The notes: generated by a model from the letters alone, not told the origin. A stretch of 64,000 nt of DNA from a virus (IMGVR_UViG_3300014205_000172:173172-237171), one strand, 5' to 3'. Shown: positions 36,957 through 46,187, counted from the first letter of the stretch. Numbers and translations: made by a program.

Positions 36957-38075
36957 TTAAGCAGGCGCGCTGGTTTTAACAGATTTGATGCCGATCAGGG
37001 CCTTCAGATCGTTATAAACACGGATGTGGCCGCTTTGTTCAGTCGATACCAGAGCGACGATGCGCTGACCAACGGTCATGGCACGGGTCGAGACACCACG
37101 GAACAAAAGAGCTTCATGAGCGTCTTTCGCTTTACTGGCGTCGTTGAGCAAGCTCTTCTCAAGATCGGCAGTAATCTTGGCAAAGTGCGCAACCATACCT
37201 TCGAACCACTGAACCTTGTCAGAAACATGTTTGGTCAGTTCGAGAATTTGATCTGGGCGGTATTCGTAATCGGTAGTGGTTGGGCCATGAAGGAACCGAG
37301 CCTTTGCTTCCTCAATCAATTTCGGAGCAGGATCGGCCTCAATGTACTTGATCAGGTTCTCGTTGGTCTGTATCAACGCCTCGGAGTTAATGAACGAGTG
37401 TTCGTTAATCAGAAGATTGCCTTTCTGATCTTTGAACGATAATACGTTCCCGTGATCTTCGGTCGGTTCTTTATCCAGCTCTTGAATAACCAAAGATGAC
37501 TGAAGCTTACCGCCAGCGACAAACATAGTTAGCTGAGGATGGTGGCCTCTAACGAAAGCCGACTGGTCAACGTTGGTGTGTTCGTTGCCTTTCCAGTGCG
37601 CTTCGATCGCTGCCTGATCATCCTTGACTTTCTTGGCGCGCATGCGGGCGAAGATGTTCAGACGACCCAAAGCCTTGACGAAAGCTTCCCACTTCTCTTT
37701 CAGCCAGGCAATCAACTTGCTGATTACGCCAGCCGACTTCTGTTTGACTGCACCAGCATCAGCCGTCGCTGCTTCAAACGAAGGGGCCAGAGTGCCAAGA
37801 GGAATCTCGACCCCATGAACCGCCATCAGATGGTTCAGCTTGCCCTGATAACTCTCGAAGGATTCTTGAGTGAACGCTTCACCGCCGTTGTGGGAAAGCG
37901 ATTCCAGCGACTCGGCAAACTTGAGGGCATTCATAAGTTCGTCTGCACGGGCTTCGGTGGCATAGAGGAGTTCGTCAAAAACCTCATCCGAATCCACTTC
38001 ATAGCCCATGGTCTCTTCAGGCAACACCTCGCCCGACTCCATCGCGATCGCCAACATCGTTTTTTCAAAGCTCAT
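36957..38075 (-). CDS. phiKZ-type internal head/virion protein
   Basis: Acidic propeptide with AMES, SLES, SFES and SFEA sites, then the amphipathic helix ISKLIAWLKEKWEAF. Confidence 0.7.
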   Translation of the reverse strand: MSFEKTMLAIAMESGEVLPEETMGYEVDSDEVFDELLYATEARADELMNALKFAESLESLSHNGGEAFTQESFESYQGKLNHLMAVHGVEIPLGTLAPSFEAATADAGAVKQKSAGVISKLIAWLKEKWEAFVKALGRLNIFARMRAKKVKDDQAAIEAHWKGNEHTNVDQSAFVRGHHPQLTMFVAGGKLQSSLVIQELDKEPTEDHGNVLSFKDQKGNLLINEHSFINSEALIQTNENLIKYIEADPAPKLIEEAKARFLHGPTTTDYEYRPDQILELTKHVSDKVQWFEGMVAHFAKITADLEKSLLNDASKAKDAHEALLFRGVSTRAMTVGQRIVALVSTEQSGHIRVYNDLKALIGIKSVKTSAPA

Positions 38076-38119
38076 GAATATTCCCCTATAAAGATGCCGG
38101 CCTTTCAGCCGGCTATTGA

Positions 38120-40645
38120 TTATTTAGCCGTAACACGCTTGATGTTGATCGTGTAACCACGCAGAGTGCCAATGATGTCCACTGGTTCACACCGCAGGAC
38201 GTTTTCGGTAATGGTACCTTGCGTTTTGTACTCACCATTCATTCCATTGACAGGATTGAAGTTCTCAACCCAACCATCTTCAGCATCAGGACGAAGCGTA
38301 TAGATGTAAACGTTCAGCTTTTCGATGTCTGATTTGCTGACATCTTCGTCTACCACTTCAATGTCCAAGCGGTGAGCTTTAGCGTCGTACTTGTAACGCT
38401 GCAGGTTCCACTTCTTCTCAATGGCCGAACTGATACCAAGCATCATGGCATCTTGCTTCTTGTCGCAGCTATAGAGCCAGGTGTTGTCTTCGATCTTGTC
38501 CCACTTAACCAACTCGCCACTGTGTTTGAAACCAGGCTTGAGCTCATCCTGCTTATAAGCAGAAGAGTGGTACAAGTACGTAGGCAGCTTAATCAAAGGC
38601 TCACTGATTTCCTTTTCACCAACTGGCGGTTCGAGCGTCTGGTTATCAAACGACTCCATTGCCAGATCGATCAGACCATCGAGGTAGTCATGCTTGGATT
38701 CCAACTGCATGGTGTCCAAGTCGACGTTAGAAACGCCCAGGATCGAAGCGGTCATTTCAGCCGACCACTGCATGATGTCGTTACTGCGGGTAGAGATGTT
38801 CGGCTTATCACCGGTGTCCAGCAGCACGTCCCACACATCGACTGGCGTATCTTGACCCAAACGAGCAGCACGGGCAACTGTCTGAATACGGATCGCTTCA
38901 CGGAAGGGTTGGTTGATCAGGATGATCGAACTAGCCGCCGTCAGAGGCACCGCTGTGGATAGAGAAGGATAAGTCGCCAGCAGTGGGTTGATGTCATCAT
39001 TCTCAAAGAACGACTTCACGATAGCCGACAGGTTCTTGTTGGTAGCGCCATAAACCGCAGCTGTCTCGTAGCCTTGCTGTGTGATCAGCTTATTAGCCTT
39101 CTCCAGCACTTCAACAAAGCTTGTAAAGATCAGCGTCTTTTTCTGAGCACCATCAATCAACTTCGAAAAGTCAATGTGGTCGACCATGTCCAAGTGACAC
39201 TTAGAACGAGAGCCACCCAACACGGTACCCAGGCATTCGCCGAGAATGGTTAGGTTGACGTACTTGACGACTGACTTCGCTTTACGGAAGTCATCCTTCA
39301 TGGCGTTTGGCAATGCAGGAATGATCACCTTACGCTCAAAGCTGTTGGCCATCATCGACTCAGCTTTCATCGTCTTAGGATCAAAGCCTTTACTGATCAA
39401 AGCCACAGCCGCTTTGTAAGCAGCATAATCGGCTTTGTTGTAATGAGCGTGTTGCTCAAAGTACGTCAGCGCACGGTCATAGTCGTTTTTGAATTCAGCC
39501 TTGTGCTTATCGTAGAACGCAGTACGCTCTTCGATGAACTTACGCATCTTCTCGCCGATCGCTTCCAGGGTGTACTCATTACCGGTTGGCATTTTAACCA
39601 ATACGGTTTTGGTGTTCACTGGAATGTCGACTACGTCTTGTTTAGGGACGTGGTACTTCAAGTGACCAATACGGTTACGCAGGATGTCGTTGGCGCGTTT
39701 TGCATCACGACCATAGATCTTACGGAAGCGTTCTTCAGCCTCTTCATTAAACAGTGGGTCAATGCATTTAAGAAACGGGATGCACTCAACACCCAGTGCT
39801 TGGATCGGCGTACCCGATGCCCACAGGTTGACCCTGATTTGCGGCATAGATGCTAGGTCGATGTAGATCTGAGTACGGTCCGACGACATGCGGTTGAAGT
39901 TGTGGGATTCGTCCAGCCCCAGATACGTGTTTTCGAAATCACGAGGGTTTGCTTTGACGTAATCCGCCATTTGCTTCAACTGCTCGTAATGCACGATGTA
40001 GTAATAAGCATTGCTGTGCAGCGGCTTATCTTCAGTCGACACCCAGTACGGCAGTTTCTTCAGCATGATGTCAGCAACAGTATCACGCCAGACACGCTCT
40101 ACCGAGTTCTTCGGTACCACGATGATCATCTTTTTCACGCCTAGGCAGTGGGCAAGGATGATCTGTGTAACGGTCTTACCGGTACCGGCGCCTGCGTCCA
40201 ACATGTAACCACGCAGACGATAAGCCGGAACCATCCGGCCGAAGTGTCTGACGAAATCACGCTGGAAAGGTTTGAGTGGAAAAGGTACCAGATGGTCAAT
40301 ATCTTTTTCATCAGTGATCGACGCAATCACACGGTCGATGTCACCTACCCAAGTTTTCTCTTTCAGCTCATGGATCACTTTAGTCAGCACACGGCGAGAT
40401 GTGCGTGTCTGCGGATCGGCAATCAGGGTCTCACAAACGTACTTAAAATCCAAAGCGAAGAAGTGCAAAAAGCGCAACTTACCGCTCTGGATAGCAGAGA
40501 ACATTTGGTTCCCTACTTGATTCGAGCCCCACGATCTGTACATATCCCGAAGGAGCGTAAAGGTATCAATACCCTCCACAGTAATGTACTTTGGCGTGGA
40601 ATACACATCTACAACGCCAAGAGTTTTCTTAATAGAAGAAAACAT
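38120..40645 (-). CDS. SF2 (SNF2-like) helicase with a C-terminal ART-like domain
   Basis: GAGTGKT, LDESH, SGTP and QTVARAARLGQ; tail after LAMES reads LYHSS...LKP...WLYS...YIYTL...GEY. Confidence 0.85.
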   Translation of the reverse strand: MFSSIKKTLGVVDVYSTPKYITVEGIDTFTLLRDMYRSWGSNQVGNQMFSAIQSGKLRFLHFFALDFKYVCETLIADPQTRTSRRVLTKVIHELKEKTWVGDIDRVIASITDEKDIDHLVPFPLKPFQRDFVRHFGRMVPAYRLRGYMLDAGAGTGKTVTQIILAHCLGVKKMIIVVPKNSVERVWRDTVADIMLKKLPYWVSTEDKPLHSNAYYYIVHYEQLKQMADYVKANPRDFENTYLGLDESHNFNRMSSDRTQIYIDLASMPQIRVNLWASGTPIQALGVECIPFLKCIDPLFNEEAEERFRKIYGRDAKRANDILRNRIGHLKYHVPKQDVVDIPVNTKTVLVKMPTGNEYTLEAIGEKMRKFIEERTAFYDKHKAEFKNDYDRALTYFEQHAHYNKADYAAYKAAVALISKGFDPKTMKAESMMANSFERKVIIPALPNAMKDDFRKAKSVVKYVNLTILGECLGTVLGGSRSKCHLDMVDHIDFSKLIDGAQKKTLIFTSFVEVLEKANKLITQQGYETAAVYGATNKNLSAIVKSFFENDDINPLLATYPSLSTAVPLTAASSIILINQPFREAIRIQTVARAARLGQDTPVDVWDVLLDTGDKPNISTRSNDIMQWSAEMTASILGVSNVDLDTMQLESKHDYLDGLIDLAMESFDNQTLEPPVGEKEISEPLIKLPTYLYHSSAYKQDELKPGFKHSGELVKWDKIEDNTWLYSCDKKQDAMMLGISSAIEKKWNLQRYKYDAKAHRLDIEVVDEDVSKSDIEKLNVYIYTLRPDAEDGWVENFNPVNGMNGEYKTQGTITENVLRCEPVDIIGTLRGYTINIKRVTAK

Positions 40646-40725
40646 GGTGACTCCTAATGCTTTTATTGAGGGAGGTGTTTAAAGACATAAAATCATCGTT
40701 TAAAGAAGCCGCAGCAATACATTCT

Positions 40726-41091
40726 TTATTTGTCGTCTTCTGGAATGTCAACCATGCCGATTGTTTTGTTCTTGTGGCCGTGGGTGCAGTCGCCCAGATA
40801 GATAAGATTACCTTCACGGATAAAGAAGTGGCATGTAAAAGGCCGTGGTGTGATGGTACCACCAGTCATCAGGATATCGCGTTCTTCATCCGTGATGCGG
40901 CCAACACCACTAAGTAACAGACTGGGTGAAAAGGTTGGTTCGGTTACACTACCATTCCAGCTCCAGAAGGCTTGTTTATTCTTTTCATGCTCTAAGTACA
41001 CGTTGTGCATCATCATGCAACCGGGGCAAAAGAAGCTTAATGTGTACTCATTCACCTGTTGTAAGATCGGCGAAAGCTGTCTGATTTCCAT
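40726..41091 (-). CDS. DUF6527-like Cys/His protein
   Basis: FFCPGC...H...WNGS...PTFSPSLL...CHFFIREG...DCTH. Confidence 0.7.
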   Translation of the reverse strand: MEIRQLSPILQQVNEYTLSFFCPGCMMMHNVYLEHEKNKQAFWSWNGSVTEPTFSPSLLLSGVGRITDEERDILMTGGTITPRPFTCHFFIREGNLIYLGDCTHGHKNKTIGMVDIPEDDK

Positions 41092-41120
41092 TTGATATGT
41101 CCCCACCGGAGCTAAGTGAA

Positions 41121-41927
41121 ATGGATAAGAAGGATGAAGTTAAAAGACTGCTGGGTCTTGCGGTCAGAGATAAAGACTTAGGTCCGATGGTCCTCAAGAA
41201 GAATTTGAATGATTTGGTCTTGATTGAACATGATGGGAAGAGCGTTGGTTTTGCAATCCCTCGTTTTGAAAAAGACGGTCATTGGCGTACAGGTCCTATC
41301 TTTATTGAACCTGGGTATCGTAAGAAAGGTATTGCCTCAGCATGGATCACTGAGTTCTTTAAAGGTAAAAAAGGAAGAGCTTGGATCGAACCCCATAACC
41401 ATGCCAGTCAGGGCGCCTTCTCAAAGGCCGGGTTCCATAAAACAGGTAAGGAGCTCAATACCTCCGGCGAACACTTCCTTGAGTACTCGGTTGAATCAGC
41501 AGCTACCTCCGCTGAACAACGATTGATCGACCTAGCGTTAAAAGATCCACGTTTAGGTCCCGCTGCAGTTACCACAGACCCTAATCAACTAGTCTGGGTT
41601 TATGATGATAACAAAAAGAAGGTGGGTTTCTTTACACCTAAGCAGGAACCAGATGGCAGGTACAGAACCGGTACCATCTTTATCGAACCTTCAGAACGCG
41701 GTAAAGGGTACGGATCGAACGCTGTGAATTCGTTCTTCAATGGCGCTACCACACCGGGTCGTGCTTGGATCGAGCCTACCAACGTGCCAAGTCAAACCAT
41801 CTTTAAAAAGGCAGGATTCTATAAATCAGGTCGTCACACGATGTCGAAGACAACACCCAGACTGTTTGAAGAATGGATTAACAAACCAGAACCACCATTA
41901 GTATCACGACCAGTGCTTGGTTGGTAA
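41121..41927 (+). CDS. tandem two-domain GNAT acetyltransferase
   Basis: IFIEPGYRKKGIA...N.ASQ..F.KAGF and IFIEPSERGKGYG...N.PSQ..F.KAGF. Confidence 0.85.
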   Translation: MDKKDEVKRLLGLAVRDKDLGPMVLKKNLNDLVLIEHDGKSVGFAIPRFEKDGHWRTGPIFIEPGYRKKGIASAWITEFFKGKKGRAWIEPHNHASQGAFSKAGFHKTGKELNTSGEHFLEYSVESAATSAEQRLIDLALKDPRLGPAAVTTDPNQLVWVYDDNKKKVGFFTPKQEPDGRYRTGTIFIEPSERGKGYGSNAVNSFFNGATTPGRAWIEPTNVPSQTIFKKAGFYKSGRHTMSKTTPRLFEEWINKPEPPLVSRPVLGW

Positions 41928-41949
41928 AAAGATACATTATATGGGTAAT

Positions 41950-42185
41950 GAATACAACCTGTTCATCTTGCTCGCTGGACAGGTTACTTGTGGTCGGGAC
42001 GTTCCCTTCGACCTGGGTCATTGTCGTTCCTGGTCGTGTGACAGTGACTGCTGAGTATCACTTAGCCTATAAATCACTTAGTGTGGGAACGGAGTGCTTT
42101 ATAGAGTGTGTGGTGCGTTGTGGTGCTGAAGGTGGGTTGGGGGAGTGAAAACATATCGGCAGGGCGCAAGCCCTGCCTTTATGCC
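41950..42185 (+). ncRNA. candidate multi-hairpin ncRNA E
   Basis: Five closely spaced hairpins with G-U pairs, a G-rich tail and a terminator at 42158-42177. Confidence 0.55.
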
Positions 42186-42198
42186 GTTAATATTCGAT

Positions 42199-42235
42199 TT
42201 AACTTTTTTACAGTCATACATCACGCTGATGAATA
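42199..42235 (+). promoter_or_regulatory. phage early-type promoter; 27-bp exact repeat of 59117-59143
   Basis: TTAACTTTTTTACAGTCATACATCACG then CTGAT-GAATA. Confidence 0.75.
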
Positions 42236-42264
42236 AACATACCCCTACCTTAAAAGGATTTATC

Positions 42265-42639
42265 ATGTTTAGCAAAGACGTTCTGGCACTGGTTGGATTA
42301 AGTATGGCTGGTGTAATTATTGGCGGTCTGATTGGCCGCCATCTCGGAAAGACCATCGGTACGCTGCAAAAGGATATCAGCCTTCTCGACCGCCGTATCA
42401 TCGAGCTCGAAATCAAAGCTCTGGGCGGTGCGACAACTGAAACCGCTGAGCAGCGCGGGGCTTATGCCGATCTCGTTGTTCAACTGCTTGTCGATAAAGT
42501 TCGTCAGAGTCAAAAAGTACTGTCGGCTGGCGGTAATGAGAAAATCCATGTTCTGCGTAAGAAGTTTGTCGATAACGAAATTACTGCCGGCATACTTACA
42601 ACTGGTCTTCTGTACGATGTTTACAGAAATGCAAACTAA
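42265..42639 (+). CDS. membrane-anchored hypothetical protein
   Basis: N-terminal TM; SD AAGGA. Confidence 0.7.
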   Translation: MFSKDVLALVGLSMAGVIIGGLIGRHLGKTIGTLQKDISLLDRRIIELEIKALGGATTETAEQRGAYADLVVQLLVDKVRQSQKVLSAGGNEKIHVLRKKFVDNEITAGILTTGLLYDVYRNAN

Positions 42640-42675
42640 CACAATTATCTAACCCCGTTCTTTGGAGAACACACC

Positions 42676-43017
42676 ATGCAAACTTTCGACACACTCCTGG
42701 CAATCGTTTATGTTGGTTTGATGATGAGTATGCAAATCAACACACTCATCAAACTGTACAAATCCACTACCGGTCATTCAATTGCCCGCTGCTGCTTTGC
42801 TTTGACCTTCGTTATGGTTTCGCAATATACGCAGCTTAAGAACAATAAAGATTTCCGCCGTGGTTACATGACGGCGCTCTATGTTGCGCCATGCGTGTTC
42901 TTTCTGACAGGTCTCAATTACTGCCTGATCGCAAACCTGGTCTTTATCATCCAAGGTTTACTTTACGCGTACATCGGCAAAGTCTTGGTCGTTAAACACA
43001 CTACTCTCACCGCTTAA
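42676..43017 (+). CDS. multi-TM membrane protein
   Basis: Three to four hydrophobic segments; hairpin SD. Confidence 0.7.
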   Translation: MQTFDTLLAIVYVGLMMSMQINTLIKLYKSTTGHSIARCCFALTFVMVSQYTQLKNNKDFRRGYMTALYVAPCVFFLTGLNYCLIANLVFIIQGLLYAYIGKVLVVKHTTLTA

Positions 43018-43029
43018 GGAACTAATGCC

Positions 43030-43362
43030 ATGTCTTCAGAAGCTATCATTCGCGGTGTATCGATCGTAGTCTGCGTTGCAGCCGCAGCATACACCTCTTA
43101 CAAAATTGGTTCCTGGTTTGCTACCACTCGACGTAAAGTGCACTACATCGAGGAAATCAGCATTGGGCTGATGCGGCTCAAGTCGGGCGAGCCGGTTGGG
43201 GATGTAGAATCCCTCAAATTGCTGAGCTTGGACCTGGAACAAATCACTGAACAGTTGCAGAAGGCCGCTGAGGATTTCAGCTCTGTAACCGAAGAACAAC
43301 TAGTGCGTACAGTTGTACGTATCAGCAATCTTCATCTGGAATACAAGATTCCAAAAGAGTAA
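43030..43362 (+). CDS. membrane-anchored hypothetical protein
   Basis: N-terminal TM; SD AAGGA. Confidence 0.7.
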   Translation: MSSEAIIRGVSIVVCVAAAAYTSYKIGSWFATTRRKVHYIEEISIGLMRLKSGEPVGDVESLKLLSLDLEQITEQLQKAAEDFSSVTEEQLVRTVVRISNLHLEYKIPKE

Positions 43363-43370
43363 CAGCATAA

Positions 43371-43418
43371 GCACCTACTGCGAGAGAGTCTCGCAGTAGG
43401 TGTCTCCTTTTTATTTTC
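43371..43418 (+). terminator. intrinsic terminator
   Basis: GCACCTACTGCGAGA-GAG-TCTCGCAGTAGGTGT with a T-rich tail. Confidence 0.8.
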
Positions 43419-43459
43419 TACAAAAACGGATGTTCCTATAACTTTCGGAGCACGACAAC

Positions 43460-44239
43460 ATGAAATACTTACATGAAGATGATGCCAAACATCTGGAGAT
43501 TATGGAAGGGTTTGCTAAAGGCCCTCTCACAACTGCTGAGCTACTGATCAAGCGCGTTATCGCATTCTTCCATGGGTACGAATATACTTCTGATAGCAGT
43601 ATCCATGCAGCTTGCTTACAAGAAGAACTGCAACTGCGCCAGGAGATTGCTGACAGTGACCAGATTAATGCTGAAGTAAAAGCACTGGCACTGAAAGCAC
43701 TGAAGGACCATTTGGAATTTCCGGACGGGCCGCTCGATCAACTGAAGTCACGTTATCCTCGCGTTCAGCACGAAGGGTTAGTGAAATCAGGTTTTGCCAC
43801 ACTGCTTCACAAACATGGCTCTGCGTACATGGAACAGGTAATTGAATATTTGCGTGATCTGGATGCTCTGATTAAAGAACTTCCGACCAACCAATATCCA
43901 GGCTACTTTGTCCATACGCCATCTACGCCGCACTGGAAACAGATGCGTGAATACGCATTGTCCGAAAACCCTCCCGCACATCCCGCTTCATTCTACGGCT
44001 GCATCCTCTCAGATAAGCTACAGACTAAAGTAACATCATTCTTTGAGCGTAGCATCATTAGCGCTGAAGCGTGGCGCACAACGGTCTGTGAGAACGACCT
44101 GACTAGCTCAGCATCGGTAGGGGTAAGCTTCAAGATGGAATATGTGGCTGATGTACTCGCCCCTTCTAAGAACGAACCTGGATCTGCGACTTGGATCAAT
44201 GTCAGCATGGAAGGTAAATACTACAGTTTCTATGTTTGA
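43460..44239 (+). CDS. hypothetical protein
   Basis: 259 aa ORF; GGAG SD; UUCG hairpin at 44243-44264 after the stop. Confidence 0.75.
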   Translation: MKYLHEDDAKHLEIMEGFAKGPLTTAELLIKRVIAFFHGYEYTSDSSIHAACLQEELQLRQEIADSDQINAEVKALALKALKDHLEFPDGPLDQLKSRYPRVQHEGLVKSGFATLLHKHGSAYMEQVIEYLRDLDALIKELPTNQYPGYFVHTPSTPHWKQMREYALSENPPAHPASFYGCILSDKLQTKVTSFFERSIISAEAWRTTVCENDLTSSASVGVSFKMEYVADVLAPSKNEPGSATWINVSMEGKYYSFYV

Positions 44240-44309
44240 TCACACCCACGGTTCGCCGTGGGTGATCCACCACATTCTTTTTTTTGTAGTGGCTAATTAA
44301 TACTACTAT

Positions 44310-44581
44310 GTATTACGAGTTCTTTTACAACCTAAAACTTCAAGCTGACCTTCACAGTAAGTCGTTTGCGCGACAGCTCCCTGATGAGAAGCGCCTTTTA
44401 CAGACTTCAGTCTGACTTAGGCTTTGTTCCTCGAACTTAGCCGGCTTTCCAAACGATGCAATATACGAAGTAAAGCACTCAAAGGACTCTTTGTACTTAC
44501 ACATGCTTTCAACTGGTGCGCGCGTTTGGTCTGACCTAACACCCTTATAGGCGACTGGCTGGCTTCGGCCAGCCTTTATGC
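44310..44581 (+). ncRNA. candidate structured ncRNA C
   Basis: Starts at the G of TATG; closing stem GAGTTCTTT(44317)/AAAGGACTC(44481); GCCT/AGGC enclosing CAGAC-TTCA-GTCTG; UUCG hairpin at 44557-44574. Confidence 0.45.
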
Positions 44582-44643
44582 TGCATTTTGTAATAGGTTG
44601 ATTTGTAAGAAATTACTTCTTGTATCTATAATCTGAATAGAAA

Positions 44644-44860
44644 TTTCTCTCCAGGGCATTTGTAGAGAATCTTCGGTTACCTAATCCTGTAACACCGAAG
44701 CGGGTATAGGTGAGATAAGCGTTCGGGCGTACGCTGGTTTCTAAAGGATAGTTTGACGCTTAGCGTTTAACCGTCAGTCACTTATGGGCGTAAGTGACTG
44801 GTGGATGTACGTTGGGGGTGGTGTAGAAAACAAGCACCCTTCACGGGGTGCTTTTTATGC
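44644..44860 (+). ncRNA. candidate structured ncRNA D
   Basis: Stems ACCTA..CCTG/CGGG..TAGGT, GACGC-TTA-GCGTT and CAGTCACTTAT/GTAAGTGACTG; terminator at 44832-44856; no + strand ORF. Confidence 0.5.
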
Positions 44861-44923
44861 CGTAATGAGATGGTATGTAGTCATAGTGACTATATCCTAA
44901 GTACTCAAGAAGGTATATGAATC

Positions 44924-45448
44924 ATGGCAAAGGTAAACCTCGCACTCACCGCCTCCGCTAACGTCCTGGCCCTGATCAATGCTGCCAACCCAGCGCTGAA
45001 CGCAACCGATACCCAGGTCACTCTGGGCACTCCTTCGGTTGAAGCCGGTACTGGCGGTCGCAACACCAGCCTCATCGTTACCGCTATCGACAACCAGGGC
45101 TTCAGCGGCACCCAAACCTTCGCCTACACCCGTCAGGCATTGGCTTCCGGCGCTGCGGTCGCGACTGCAAAAGCAGTACCGTTCGCGATCGCTCCAGGCG
45201 ACACCAACGCTCAGATTCTGACCAAGGCCGCAACTGCCCTGGGTCTGTTGGAATCGGAACTGACCATCGCCAACGTTGTTCAGCCTACCAACGAAACCAC
45301 TCCAGGTTCGGCCGACATCGTGGCCAACGTCGCCAGCCTGCTTTACACCGGCACTTACGCCGCCACCCTGACCGTGCCGGACGCAGACGTCCCTTTGTCT
45401 AGCGTCGCAACCGTCACTGACCTGAGCGGTTTCGACGCAGAAGCCTAA
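44924..45448 (+). CDS. virion structural protein, tail/fibre paralog family
   Basis: LALINAAN...RNT...GFSG..F.YTR..L...SLLYTG...L.GF; strongly biased codons; monocistronic. Confidence 0.7.
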   Translation: MAKVNLALTASANVLALINAANPALNATDTQVTLGTPSVEAGTGGRNTSLIVTAIDNQGFSGTQTFAYTRQALASGAAVATAKAVPFAIAPGDTNAQILTKAATALGLLESELTIANVVQPTNETTPGSADIVANVASLLYTGTYAATLTVPDADVPLSSVATVTDLSGFDAEA

Positions 45449-45456
45449 GGGTTAAA

Positions 45457-45487
45457 CATATAGCCGGGAGCGCTCCCGGCTATATGC
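45457..45487. terminator. CATA...TATGC hairpin
   Basis: CATATAGCCGGGAGCGCTCCCGGCTATATGC, near-identical to the hairpin at 5399. Confidence 0.8.
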
Positions 45488-45560
45488 CGCATCATGAAAG
45501 TGATAGTTTACATTTGACACTTATTAGATAATACCACCCCAACCGCCCTGGAGTATTATC

Positions 45561-46181
45561 ATGTCTCAAGTTACCCTCGATACCGCGCCTTACAAACCAA
45601 GCAATCTGATTGTTAAGATCACTCACGTTCCGGAAGTGTTAACCGATCACCCACATCTAGTGCACTTGTTTAAACAGATCGTCGAGAAACTGGCTGTAGA
45701 GGTGGGCGATACCTGGATGCCAACATCACTCCAAACCTATTCGATGCCTGAAGCATCATCATCGGGTGTGGACCTTTCACTCTATAGTCTGCCAGAACCT
45801 GAAACAAAAACGATCAACGTCTGCGTGGCTGAAATCAAAGATAAACGTATTTCGCGTACGTTGAAAGAAATCTGTAAAATATGTTTTAAGGAAAAGCCGG
45901 TTCCGCCTTCGGATACTGTCCAGGAAAACGTCGGGTTTGATCTTTTGATGTACGAATTGGATGAAGCCGGTCTAGATGTCATAGACGCTTGGAAGCTGAC
46001 AAACTTCACAGTTCCTTATGGGATAAATATCCCTTTGTCAGCCTCAAATGGATTTGGTATTCCTGAACCGGAGACAGGTAGGCTTTGTAGCATCCCGCTT
46101 GAAGGTGTGTTCTTTTCGAGTGATGTCGTGATTGAAGAAGCCGGCTCCCTTCATCGGTTCAATTCAGAAAGCAAGGTGTAG
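45561..46181 (+). CDS. hypothetical protein, possible tail-tube-like fold
   Basis: LLMYELDEAGLDVIDAWKLTN resembles the gp19-type tube motif. Confidence 0.55.
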   Translation: MSQVTLDTAPYKPSNLIVKITHVPEVLTDHPHLVHLFKQIVEKLAVEVGDTWMPTSLQTYSMPEASSSGVDLSLYSLPEPETKTINVCVAEIKDKRISRTLKEICKICFKEKPVPPSDTVQENVGFDLLMYELDEAGLDVIDAWKLTNFTVPYGINIPLSASNGFGIPEPETGRLCSIPLEGVFFSSDVVIEEAGSLHRFNSESKV

Positions 46182-46187
46182 CCAGTC

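Noticed and set aside
40726-41091. Known anti-defence sponge (Tad1/Tad2/Acb2)
   Set aside because: The motifs fit a DUF6527-like Cys/His family, not those proteins as I recall them.
44358-44440. Hammerhead ribozyme (CTGATGA at 44381, CGAAC at 44432, upstream TAAGTC)
   Set aside because: The core reads GAAC rather than GAAAC, and no stem I can form next to CTGATGA.
44644-44760. Group I intron core (CAGGG, AATCCTG, AAGGATAGT)
   Set aside because: No R element to form P7 and no interrupted host gene.
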